IMG/VR virus record: IMGVR_UViG_3300042553_000685
DNA from: a virus
DNA length: 64,000 nucleotides
Direction: 5' to 3' (one strand)
Shown one piece after another: positions 1 through 8,927 of this stretch; within the stretch, counting starts at the first letter, position 1, and every line of letters starts with the position of its first letter. Under the pieces are notes generated by a model. It searched no databases, was not told the DNA's origin, and saw nothing but the letters and a program-made list of their open reading frames with translations. A program made the position numbers and the translations under genes.

Positions 1-1927
1 GCGCTAGGTCTGTTGAGTTATCACTTATTCTTAGCCCGCGGGCCGTGGTGTCTAGATCACTTAGTTCTAGGAAACCAATAGATAATAGCGATAGGGCGTC
101 TTTAATCTCATTGATTATATAAGTCTTGAGTGAAGGAGAATTAAGAAACAATTGCTTCAATTCTGCGGGCACTAGATCCTGACTGGTCCCGCCCTCTAGC
201 ATGGCTATGGGATCTATACTATTATTTCTACTGATAGTTAGTACCTGATTGACTAGAGTGGTTACCTGAGTGGCAGATACACTGAGCCCCAATCGTTGTA
301 GACCCTCTCCTACCTTTTGTACCTCTAGTTGCACGTCCCCCGCTATATCTATAAGGGGCGTATTGATAGATATAGTCAACTCTCCTACCGTTTCACCCTC
401 TCGTTCTAGATATACATCACTGGCTACTGATGATACTGCGGCCGGCTCTAGCGCTGCCAACGCTGGTGGATTCTTAGTTGTATCAGTAGCACTCTTAGCT
501 ATGTTCTCCTTACCTGGGTTCTTAGGAGTTACCTTAGAGGCTGATATAGAACGTCGTATATCCTCTCCTAGTGAGCCTATAGCATCGCCTCCTGGCGTAG
601 TGGCACCCGGCGTAGTGGCACCCGGCGTAGTGATAGAGTCATTAGGCTGAGTGGGTACTTGAGCGCCATCTGGATCAGACTGCTCTATATCAGACTGAGT
701 TGGTTTATCAGGAGTATTTGTATTTTCAAGTATGTCCCCGCATCCCTTAGGTAAATCAGGTAGTTTAGGGAACTCTGGTATGTGTGGGATGAGGTCGAGG
801 ATCAACTCTATCTCATCAGGTATAGGCGGCAGTGTATTAAGAGATATAACTCCGCTTATGGAGAATACAGAACCCGCGCCCTGGAATATGCTGAGCCCCA
901 CAGTTATGTGATTGTGAGTTATGCCCTGGAAGGCGCTCTTCAGTGCATAGGAGTTCATACCTTCAGGACTGAAGGTCATACCTGATAGACCGCCTCCTGG
1001 TATCGATGAGTATATATTGACGCGGCCCACTGGTATCTCAGCTGGCTCCTCTTTATCATCTGCAGCAGGCTCTCCTATAGGTGATGCGGCTGCTATTAGA
1101 TCTACGTTAGTGGCTCTTGCTACCATCCCGCCGTAGCTATAGAGCTTCATTTCATTTAATGATGTGCTAGTGTGTGTAGTAGCATAACTCTTGTAATCAT
1201 TAGAGACCCGTTCCATATCGCCTAGCGCCGTAGCCTTATCTACTTGGGCTACTGTCTCACTTCTATTTGATAGGCGTAGTCTATTACCGGCTCGCTGTAA
1301 GTCGTCGCCCTCTATAATTCGAGTACTATCCTTACCCATTGCGTAGTGGTGGTCGCTAATGTGATTAATGGAGTTCCCGGACTGCACTACATAGTTATCG
1401 GTGACGGACTGCATGAAGGGGGCCCGTTGCGTGATATTGGTATCACTCACAAACTGTATGTTGTTGGCTACCTGCGTGAGTCTATTGGCAGGGGCAATAT
1501 TGACATTGCCCTGACTTATATCAGCTAGCTCTGCTCTATCACTAAGGAGTGAGCTCTCCTTGAGCTTACGGATTCCATCTAGTGATTGCTCAGTATTACC
1601 ATTAACTGCCGTACCTACAGCATTAATATTCTGTTCTGTATTAGACGCTATGCCCTCCCGCAGAACCTGATTGGCCTGTAAGTTCATGTCTCTTAATTCT
1701 AATAGCCCCTCTACTGCCCGTACGGGCTCCACTATAATCTGAGAGCTGATGCGACGAGGTTCAAACGGAGTGGTAGAGGCCGTTGCCTGCCCTAGTGTCT
1801 CTGCTGCTTGTTGGTATGCTGTGTTCTTGGATATCTTATTGAGATCACTGAGCGCGGGCCCCAACGTAGGAGTGTTGCGGCCCGCCCCTAGATCTCCTTT
1901 CAGTAGTTGATCTTCTATTTTACTCAT
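1..1927 (-). CDS. Large virion (tail/baseplate module) protein, N-terminal 642 codons; ORF runs off the left edge
   Basis: I checked every codon of the minus-strand frame from ATG 1927..1925 (MSKIEDQLLKGDLGAGRNTPTL...) down to position 1 and found no stop. It is missing from the ORF track only because its stop lies outside the window. ATGA start/stop overlap with ORF 1924..3018. Confidence 0.8.
   Translation of the reverse strand, partial: MSKIEDQLLKGDLGAGRNTPTLGPALSDLNKISKNTAYQQAAETLGQATASTTPFEPRRISSQIIVEPVRAVEGLLELRDMNLQANQVLREGIASNTEQNINAVGTAVNGNTEQSLDGIRKLKESSLLSDRAELADISQGNVNIAPANRLTQVANNIQFVSDTNITQRAPFMQSVTDNYVVQSGNSINHISDHHYAMGKDSTRIIEGDDLQRAGNRLRLSNRSETVAQVDKATALGDMERVSNDYKSYATTHTSTSLNEMKLYSYGGMVARATNVDLIAAASPIGEPAADDKEEPAEIPVGRVNIYSSIPGGGLSGMTFSPEGMNSYALKSAFQGITHNHITVGLSIFQGAGSVFSISGVISLNTLPPIPDEIELILDLIPHIPEFPKLPDLPKGCGDILENTNTPDKPTQSDIEQSDPDGAQVPTQPNDSITTPGATTPGATTPGGDAIGSLGEDIRRSISASKVTPKNPGKENIAKSATDTTKNPPALAALEPAAVSSVASDVYLEREGETVGELTISINTPLIDIAGDVQLEVQKVGEGLQRLGLSVSATQVTTLVNQVLTISRNNSIDPIAMLEGGTSQDLVPAELKQLFLNSPSLKTYIINEIKDALSLLSIGFLELSDLDTTARGLRISDNSTDLA
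591..633. repeat. 15-bp tandem repeat (about 2.9 copies) inside the partial ORF
   Basis: cctggcgtagtggca / cccggcgtagtggca / cccggcgtagtga. Encodes TTPGA-type repeats on the minus strand. Confidence 0.85.
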
Positions 1928-3018
1928 AGGTCTAGATCCTGTATGGCTCCTCGTTGATTATCTATTTCAGATATGGCTGCTAGGTTATTACCCATTATTA
2001 CCCAGTGATCTAGCGTAGACCGCCGCAAATACTGCGAGGCGGTATATAGTAGATTACGTACCCGTCCTAGGCGTGTTCTCTCTTCATCATCAGCGAGAAC
2101 GTATACCTCTACATCGGGTCGAGGGGAATTATAAGCATGTATGTAAGCCAGGTTGGTCATGTGTGCCGCCATAGCCACCAGGTGCGTATTAAGGCCCCCT
2201 GGATATGGTAATGAGGTTATGATACTGCTGCTTACCTGCCGTAGTAGGCCGGGCTCTGTAGGTATCAACCACTCCCGTAACTCATCTGGTGGGTCCTGGC
2301 TTAGGTCCTCATAGAGATTAAATAACGCTGGGTCTATCTGCCCGTGCCATAGATCCCATAGTAGATCCGGCCCGCCTGGCACCACCCAGTAGCGTTCTAG
2401 ATAGGGAGCCTCTATATTCTGTATGGCGTTCAGGAAACCAGCTACGCGAGTTATACCAGTGGGTTGAGATAGAAATGCCTTGAAGAAGCGGTGGCTATCT
2501 AGTAGTTCCTCTACTCCTAGTGTTGCATAATACTCCTTCCAGTTGGGCTGCATGCTCCATAGAGTACGAGTGGCTTCATATACTAGACGACAGGGGCTGG
2601 CATAGTGCATCCTATAGCCTCCCAGTAGTAGGTAATAGCCTATGCTACTGGCAGAGGTCCCCCATACTCGCCTATCAGTTAGTAGTAGTGTCTCACTATA
2701 GTCATTGGGTGGTAGCCAATTAGGCCTCTCTGCTATACGCCGGTATCTATCTGCGTGCTGCGTAATGACTGTGTAGTCCAGATTACTCGATGTAGGTAGT
2801 GATAGTAACAGTATGAGCTGCTCTTCTAGAGAGCGAGTTATATCTCCCCACGTAGGACGGGTACGAGGGGCCGGCACGTTACGCATGATACTGGCTAGTC
2901 TCTCGTGAGAGCCCGCTATTAGAATAGATAGATTATTAATAGCCGCTTCATCTATGCGTGTTACAGCATCTGTATTAGCCCCGGGTAATTGAGGTACGGC
3001 CTCTAGGTTAATTAGCAC
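1924..3018 (-). CDS. Hypothetical virion/baseplate-module protein
   Basis: 364-codon ORF with a GTG start, overlapping the end of 3008..3520 and ending in an ATGA overlap with the next ORF. No motif recognised. Confidence 0.6.
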   Translation of the reverse strand: MLINLEAVPQLPGANTDAVTRIDEAAINNLSILIAGSHERLASIMRNVPAPRTRPTWGDITRSLEEQLILLLSLPTSSNLDYTVITQHADRYRRIAERPNWLPPNDYSETLLLTDRRVWGTSASSIGYYLLLGGYRMHYASPCRLVYEATRTLWSMQPNWKEYYATLGVEELLDSHRFFKAFLSQPTGITRVAGFLNAIQNIEAPYLERYWVVPGGPDLLWDLWHGQIDPALFNLYEDLSQDPPDELREWLIPTEPGLLRQVSSSIITSLPYPGGLNTHLVAMAAHMTNLAYIHAYNSPRPDVEVYVLADDEERTRLGRVRNLLYTASQYLRRSTLDHWVIMGNNLAAISEIDNQRGAIQDLDL

Positions 3019-3520
3019 GATATACTGCTCCTACTATGCTTTGCACTGACTCCTCCGAGTAGCCGAACCAGCGCGCTAGTTGAGCTGCCACTATTGGTCT
3101 ATTAGCCGAGTTAGCTAGCATCATAAAGTTGTTAATTAGTGGTGTATCAGGCATTCGTTTTCTTATTAGCACTTCGAGACCCTCGGCGTTTACGTTGGGC
3201 CTCTCTCTACTATCAGCTCGCATCTGTATGGTCTGTGGCAGTCTTACACCTATAGTAGCTGCATTCAGCGCTAGTACCTGGCCAGGCATCATACGACGGG
3301 GGCTACTAACTAACTCTATACCACTCAGTAGCCATACAGCATCTAACCAATAGGGCCTTGGTATTATTACTATTAATGCGTAGCCCGCACGCGCATCACG
3401 GGTATCCGCATCGTACGTATATTGTGTTAGGAGCCTGAATTGATTTACGTGAGTGCTAATACCGCCCGCGCGGGCTATAGCTCTCTCTAGTTCATCCCCA
3501 TCTCTACTAGTAGTTCTCAT
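3008..3520 (-). CDS. Hypothetical virion-module protein
   Basis: 170-codon ORF with an ATG start 5 nt after the stop of 3525..4718, in the same operon. No motif recognised. Confidence 0.55.
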   Translation of the reverse strand: MRTTSRDGDELERAIARAGGISTHVNQFRLLTQYTYDADTRDARAGYALIVIIPRPYWLDAVWLLSGIELVSSPRRMMPGQVLALNAATIGVRLPQTIQMRADSRERPNVNAEGLEVLIRKRMPDTPLINNFMMLANSANRPIVAAQLARWFGYSEESVQSIVGAVYRAN

Positions 3521-3524
3521 TAGT

Positions 3525-4718
3525 CTATATTAATCCCTTTAATACACTAAGGCGCGGGTCTACCGCATTCAGACCCCCACCTATACCAGATCTTACTCTC
3601 CACTCGAAGTGAAGATGGGGGCCAGTGCTACGGCCAGTACTGCCTACTTCGCCTATTACCTGTCCCTGCTTCACTATGTCTCCTAATTTAACAGCAAACT
3701 TACTCATATGCGCGTACCAACTCTGATTGCCCCCTACGTGTTCTAGTTTAACTATATTACCAAATCCATTATTCTCAAATCCGGCTGATATCACCTTGCC
3801 TGCCATAGTGGCTAATATAGGTGTGCCTATCGGAGCCCCTATGTCTATACCGTTGTGCATCCTACCCCAACGCCAGCCAAACCCACTAGTCAGAGATCCC
3901 TTAGAGGGTACTATGCCACTCCCAGAGCCTGGCCTACCAGGCATTACCTGACCTGCTAATGCGCTTACCTCATTGAACTGAAACCCGGGGGCTCCTGCTC
4001 CATAGGATAGAGTATTATTAGTCATAGCTCTATTAACCTGAGGTACAGAACCTGTATGAATAATAGCATCGCGTTGGTTATAGGGCCACTTGAACTCTCC
4101 TGTACGGTTGAATATAGCATTAACAAATCCATCTATACCCTCTGCTAGTGCCTGCGCCAACTGTTCAGTAGAATAAGCACTATCGCCCGGTATAGTGGGA
4201 GCATTACCCCCACCACCACTCAAAGTAGATGGTGCCGGGCCCTGTCCTCGCCTATAGGCTAGATACTGTTTATATAGAGTAGCTAGCGTATTCTCTCCAC
4301 CTCGTGCTTCAGAGGCCCCCGGTAGACTAGTCCATTGTTTCCGTAGCTTGTTATAGTAGCTTAGTATGTTACCACTCATGACCTCCTCTACCGTAGTACC
4401 AGTCTCATCGAGTATTAAATATAGTATGGCTAGATCCTGGTTCAGAGGGCTGAAGTCAGATAGCATTCCCCCAGTCTCTCTATTAATACCATCCCATGTC
4501 ACATCTAAGATCTGGTATCTACCTGCAGCCGTGGTGTAGTTCCCTCGACCTCCTATTGGGAATCTCTGGCGGGGGTGGTCCTCGTAACTACTGAATTTAG
4601 ATCCACCGTATAGTGTATTGTAATCGGCCCCCTCAAATTGTCCATCACTGATTACATCCAGGAGGGCCCTAAACTCAGGCCTATTCAGAAGAGGTTGTAG
4701 ATTCTCTCTATTCCACAT
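3525..4718 (-). CDS. Tail-associated lysin: lysozyme/lytic-transglycosylase-like N-domain + M23 peptidase C-domain
   Basis: NYTTAAGRYQILDVTWD resembles the lambda R-type AAGRYQ. The C-terminus has HNGIDIGAPIGTPI...WYAHMS...GSTGRSTGPHLHFEWR (the M23 HxxxD and HxH signatures). Confidence 0.8.
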   Translation of the reverse strand: MWNRENLQPLLNRPEFRALLDVISDGQFEGADYNTLYGGSKFSSYEDHPRQRFPIGGRGNYTTAAGRYQILDVTWDGINRETGGMLSDFSPLNQDLAILYLILDETGTTVEEVMSGNILSYYNKLRKQWTSLPGASEARGGENTLATLYKQYLAYRRGQGPAPSTLSGGGGNAPTIPGDSAYSTEQLAQALAEGIDGFVNAIFNRTGEFKWPYNQRDAIIHTGSVPQVNRAMTNNTLSYGAGAPGFQFNEVSALAGQVMPGRPGSGSGIVPSKGSLTSGFGWRWGRMHNGIDIGAPIGTPILATMAGKVISAGFENNGFGNIVKLEHVGGNQSWYAHMSKFAVKLGDIVKQGQVIGEVGSTGRSTGPHLHFEWRVRSGIGGGLNAVDPRLSVLKGLI

Positions 4719-6283
4719 TATTTTGGTGTTCCTCCCTTCAGGGACTGTAAAATAGCACGGGCCTTCCCTTCGAAATAGGCATTTTGTGCTGCTGTATCAT
4801 TACCTCTCATTAGGGCCTCTACCTGTGCATTCAATATTCCTACCTCAACTAGCGGTACCCCTCTATTGGGCCCGTATAAGCCGTTGCGGTGATTTCTGGT
4901 GAAGGCGCCGAATGTTTGAGCTAGTCTATCCTCGTATGGTAGTATCTCCTTACGGCTAGGTATGACGCCAGTGGCACCCCTATACTCTCCTGCCGCACCT
5001 GCGTCGAAGTGTATCTCTAGAACACCCGCGCCATTGGTCTTCTCCTGCACGGCTCTATCTAACACTGATTGCCAGGAGGTACCTATTGGTGGTAAGAATA
5101 TAGATAGTTGGAGACCGTAAGAGGGGGCCAGTCTCTCCATTATCTTGAGGACCTGTTCATTCATCCAACTCTCCGCCGACTGACCTGGGGCCTGGGGTAG
5201 AGGTGTGCCAGCAGCTCCACTAGTACCTGATTTACCATCGCGGTGGCCGGCTGTTATGAACCAGCGAGTAGGCTCCTTATTAGTAGCACTCTGCCAGTCC
5301 TTATCATTCTTACGGCTTTCATTATATGTATCAGATACCTCAGGCCCCCTCTGTGTAGGTATGTCTTGTGCTTTATCCTCAACGCGCGCTATGCCCTCAG
5401 CCTGTCGTTGTAGATTCTGGCGGCTAGCCTCTAGGTAAGCCTGACATAACCGCCTCTCCTCTTGTATACGATAGGAAACTGTTATAGCAGTAGTCGTAGA
5501 TACAGGCTCCTCCTCTTGCCCCGCTACCATAGGTGTTATGCCGCTAGGCAGTGACTCCGTGGTAGCCGATGTAGGCCTGATACCCTGCATCCTCTCTAGT
5601 CCATCCGCTCGGGCGCAGTGTCGTGCTGATAGCTGCATGAGATGATTGACACTGCTGCGGCGGTCGCCGTTAGCTACCAGGTAAATGTTACTATCACTGA
5701 ATAGTATATTCTCTCCGCTTGTATAGAGAGAGCGGGTGCCTTCGTCATTGCGTATCTCTATAACACCGGGGCGGGGCTGTCTATCATAGGCCTCTGCTAG
5801 TGAGCCATAATCAGGGCTATCATACGCCGTATCTAGTGAATTGATGCCTGTTACGTGGAAGAAGGCATTGGGCTGTGTTATGCGATTAGGGTGCCCTAGT
5901 GGTTGGTTGAATGTCTGACCCTCGGGGCCGCGCTGATTAGGCTTCTGTAAATCACCATCTACGTATAGCTTATCGTAATTACCCTCTGAGGTATATCCGC
6001 CTAGGATGAAGGCATCCTCCATCTTCCCATCATTGAAGCCCACTATGACTGGCTGTCCTATCTCGAGAGGGTTGTATACGCCTAGCCCATTATGACCAAA
6101 GGGGCCGCTTATCCTAACATTATCCAGGATCATACCCTTCAATAGGCGCACCGAGCAGAAGTTACCTAGGCGGCCCTCCCTAGTGATACTATGGACTATA
6201 CCGCGCTGTATGCCCCACTGGCTCTTACTGTACTTATAGGAATGGGGCTCAGAGTATAGGCCGCCATTGTTATTAGCAAACAT
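4718..6283 (-). CDS. Baseplate spike-like protein (gpV/gp45-type N-terminus) with amidase-like C-terminus
   Basis: N-terminus has YNPLEIGQPVIVGFNDGKMEDAFILGGY (OB-fold spike pattern). C-terminus has ITAGHRDGKSGTSG ... VLEIHFDAGAAGEYRGATG, resembling MurNAc-L-Ala amidase (Amidase_3) signatures. Motif-level evidence only. Confidence 0.5.
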   Translation of the reverse strand: MFANNNGGLYSEPHSYKYSKSQWGIQRGIVHSITREGRLGNFCSVRLLKGMILDNVRISGPFGHNGLGVYNPLEIGQPVIVGFNDGKMEDAFILGGYTSEGNYDKLYVDGDLQKPNQRGPEGQTFNQPLGHPNRITQPNAFFHVTGINSLDTAYDSPDYGSLAEAYDRQPRPGVIEIRNDEGTRSLYTSGENILFSDSNIYLVANGDRRSSVNHLMQLSARHCARADGLERMQGIRPTSATTESLPSGITPMVAGQEEEPVSTTTAITVSYRIQEERRLCQAYLEASRQNLQRQAEGIARVEDKAQDIPTQRGPEVSDTYNESRKNDKDWQSATNKEPTRWFITAGHRDGKSGTSGAAGTPLPQAPGQSAESWMNEQVLKIMERLAPSYGLQLSIFLPPIGTSWQSVLDRAVQEKTNGAGVLEIHFDAGAAGEYRGATGVIPSRKEILPYEDRLAQTFGAFTRNHRNGLYGPNRGVPLVEVGILNAQVEALMRGNDTAAQNAYFEGKARAILQSLKGGTPK

Positions 6284-8154
6284 TAATCAGCGCTTCCTTG
6301 AATAGTAGTAGTGTAATCTCTGTGTGTTAACTTATGACGAATCGAGCGTACTTTGTACTTCGGTAGTACCGCGTTAGCTAGATCAGCGTCTACATTGCTG
6401 ACTATGCGGCCACTATTAGGATCAGCATAGTTATCATCAGTGGCATTGACGTGGGCCCCCACGTACCGTGTTAGTATATCACTGCCATCAGGAAAGGGCA
6501 CGGCCCGCGCCGAGGGACTACTTGCTACGTGCTCTCGCATGCGCGCTGATAGTTCACTCAACTTCTTCTTAGTAGCGTGCATGGTGCTCTCCTCTGCTAT
6601 AGAGTCGTATGCTGATATAATCTGCCTATCGTGTATCAATGTATTATATACCTGAAACATCTCATTTGGATACCAGGTGGGGTCTCCTACTATCGTGATT
6701 TGTATCGTGCTAATATCTCTACTGGTACGGCGGGCCATGCCTAAGCCAACTAATAAAGCCCCTGTCTCTTTACTGATGCCTGCGTCAGTATAGGCGCTTA
6801 GGTTCTTATCCTCAACGACAGTGGCCCTACATGCAATACGGGGCTTTCTATCAGCGTACTTATAGGGCGTGGCCTGTAATGTAACCTCAATGGCGTCATT
6901 GAATGAATCAGATGCACCGTTACCTCCATCATCAGTTACTATAAAGCGGTTAGTTGTGGCTATACTACTACTTACTACCCGCATGGAGAGTATGCGCTGT
7001 CTCTCATCAGGGCATATGTTAAGCCCCGCCGGTAGGCTGCGGAAGAAATAGGTTCTATACAGTCTATTGGGATCTTGGAAGCCACTAGTATCGCCGCTAT
7101 TAGGCGCTATTATAAAATCACCATTGATATGACTGAATGAGGCGTCTACTACACGCTCCTCCTTGAGTAGAAACGCCGCTTGTATTATATCAGCGGGGCT
7201 CTCATTAATGAAGTTGAATACCCCGCGGTTCTGCCCCTGCTCGATAGGCGGACGCTGTAACCATATATGAGTACGGGGGTTACCCCCTGGGCTCATAGGC
7301 GTGAACATAGCAGCCCGTGTCCAACGCGGCGCATCTACTAGCTCTTCGCCTGGCGTAAGCTTATTCATGTCCTGTATGATCTTAACCTCAGAATTACTCG
7401 CATCTCCGGCTATTAGTTTATTAGCGAATAAGTATTCTATCTTACCATCTGCGCCTATGTCGTAGCCGCGTACAGTCATACCCTCCTTGAACTCTTTCCA
7501 GCAGCTGGCTACCTGCGGGCCGCTCTCTGTTTCAATAGGGGAGTAACCTACTGCAAAGTTCAGTATCTTACGCAGTATAAGGGCTCTATCGCCCTTCTGT
7601 TCCGGTGTGGGGGCACTGAATAAGGTATCTGGGTTAGATAGAACACGCGTGTTGTGTAGTAGCCTCATACGATCTTGACACGATAACACTACCTGCACAC
7701 CTGTATTAGCATCAGCCGTTACCTCTACCTTCTCAATGAAGCCCCAGAATACAGGGAATAGAGTAGCGCCCTCCTTCGGTTTCATATCTGTATTTGGTAT
7801 AGGAAATGGTATATCAGATAGATTACTGATATCCAGTACCTGCTTATCTGACCCTACCATCCCCATGTAAATTCGTATCTCATCCTCCTCGCTGAGGTAG
7901 GGGTAGCGCCCGCCTCTGTACTTACTAACATCAGGTAACGCTGGTAGTAATCCCGGTGCATCTGGTACGGTTAGCGTTACGCGAGCTCTATTTATATTCC
8001 AGTTATCGGCGTTGATTATAACATCTACGGCGCGTACAGTCCAGCGACTCTTGTTTATATCTGTAGCGCATGTCTGAGTGCCAAATAATATAGGTTGTAT
8101 ATCACTAACAGCTGTGGCCAGCGTTATTACTGCAGCAGGTGTCTTAGGACGCAT
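6283..8154 (-). CDS. Virion protein, possibly baseplate hub (gpD/gp27-like)
   Basis: 623-codon ORF between the tube-position gene and the spike gene. Assigned by position only. No tape-measure-like protein is evident. Confidence 0.4.
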   Translation of the reverse strand: MRPKTPAAVITLATAVSDIQPILFGTQTCATDINKSRWTVRAVDVIINADNWNINRARVTLTVPDAPGLLPALPDVSKYRGGRYPYLSEEDEIRIYMGMVGSDKQVLDISNLSDIPFPIPNTDMKPKEGATLFPVFWGFIEKVEVTADANTGVQVVLSCQDRMRLLHNTRVLSNPDTLFSAPTPEQKGDRALILRKILNFAVGYSPIETESGPQVASCWKEFKEGMTVRGYDIGADGKIEYLFANKLIAGDASNSEVKIIQDMNKLTPGEELVDAPRWTRAAMFTPMSPGGNPRTHIWLQRPPIEQGQNRGVFNFINESPADIIQAAFLLKEERVVDASFSHINGDFIIAPNSGDTSGFQDPNRLYRTYFFRSLPAGLNICPDERQRILSMRVVSSSIATTNRFIVTDDGGNGASDSFNDAIEVTLQATPYKYADRKPRIACRATVVEDKNLSAYTDAGISKETGALLVGLGMARRTSRDISTIQITIVGDPTWYPNEMFQVYNTLIHDRQIISAYDSIAEESTMHATKKKLSELSARMREHVASSPSARAVPFPDGSDILTRYVGAHVNATDDNYADPNSGRIVSNVDADLANAVLPKYKVRSIRHKLTHRDYTTTIQGSAD

Positions 8155-8161
8155 AATTAAT

Positions 8162-8192
8162 AAAAAGGGGACTCAGGAAATCCTGAGTCCCA
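8162..8192 (-). terminator. Rho-independent terminator after the tube-position gene
   Basis: gggactcagga/tcctgagtccc inverted repeat (8168-8178 / 8181-8191), followed on the minus strand by a T run (plus-strand aaaaa 8162-8166). Confidence 0.6.
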
Positions 8193-8212
8193 TAAGCGGA
8201 GAGAATGTGGGA

Positions 8213-8923
8213 TTATTGTGTAATACTATTCCCAAACGATGAAGAAGAGCTTCCCACAGATAAAGGACGAGTATTGTTTTTGAACTGCTGAACAGATTCA
8301 GGAATATACCGAATACCTTCAGCTACACCCTCCCAACGTTGTGCAGGTACGCGACGACCAGGCATGAAGCCGACGCTGTAATTATCTACCTTGCATCTAG
8401 TTATTTCATATCTGAACTTCGCCCTACGATTACGACTAGCAGCACTATTACTAGGGAACTCTATGCCGCTCTGATTATCGCCATTAGAAGCGATATTCCA
8501 GAAGTCGAGGGATCCTAATCTACGACTATCTGTTCCACTACGAGTTAGTGGATTAGTTACTAACTCAGACGCATTAGCATCGAAGGTAATCTGGAACCGG
8601 GGGCTCCGACCTAGTATTTGATCACGACCAATTTCATTAGTGCCGAACGTGCGGCCCATAAATTCACCATCAACTAAACCTTGTTCTAGTACCCACGCGA
8701 TGTTATATTCCCCGTCTAGATAGACAGGTACGCGTTGGCCTAATTCTAAATAGGTCTCAGTCGAATTTCTAATACTGAGCGTCAGGGACTGGAACTTACC
8801 GAACCAGGCAACCTGTCCGCTACTAGTGTCATTAACCCAGACCTCGAAGTCAAACCCACTAAAGGGATCGAGACCAAAGTTATTGACAGCAGGAGTGAGG
8901 AAAAGAGCATCTTTAGATGACAT
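8213..8923 (-). CDS. Putative tail tube protein (by position)
   Basis: 236-codon ORF immediately downstream of the sheath-like gene and followed by a terminator. Confidence 0.45.
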   Translation of the reverse strand: MSSKDALFLTPAVNNFGLDPFSGFDFEVWVNDTSSGQVAWFGKFQSLTLSIRNSTETYLELGQRVPVYLDGEYNIAWVLEQGLVDGEFMGRTFGTNEIGRDQILGRSPRFQITFDANASELVTNPLTRSGTDSRRLGSLDFWNIASNGDNQSGIEFPSNSAASRNRRAKFRYEITRCKVDNYSVGFMPGRRVPAQRWEGVAEGIRYIPESVQQFKNNTRPLSVGSSSSSFGNSITQ

Positions 8924-8927
8924 TATA

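Noticed and set aside
2520-2723. Many 60-130-codon ORFs antisense to or out of frame with long genes (for example 2520..2723, 10384..10701, 17097..17420, 22068..22262, 25305..25649, 42419..42631, 46168..46464).
   Set aside because: They are fully embedded in much longer ORFs that have operon context and recognisable domains, and they have no SD or start context. I treat them as shadow ORFs.
7527-7534. A second occurrence of the 8-nt handle (gtttcaat on plus = ATTGAAAC on minus), inside ORF 6283..8154.
   Set aside because: A single 8-mer match is expected by chance in 2 x 64 kb, and there is no repeat-like context.
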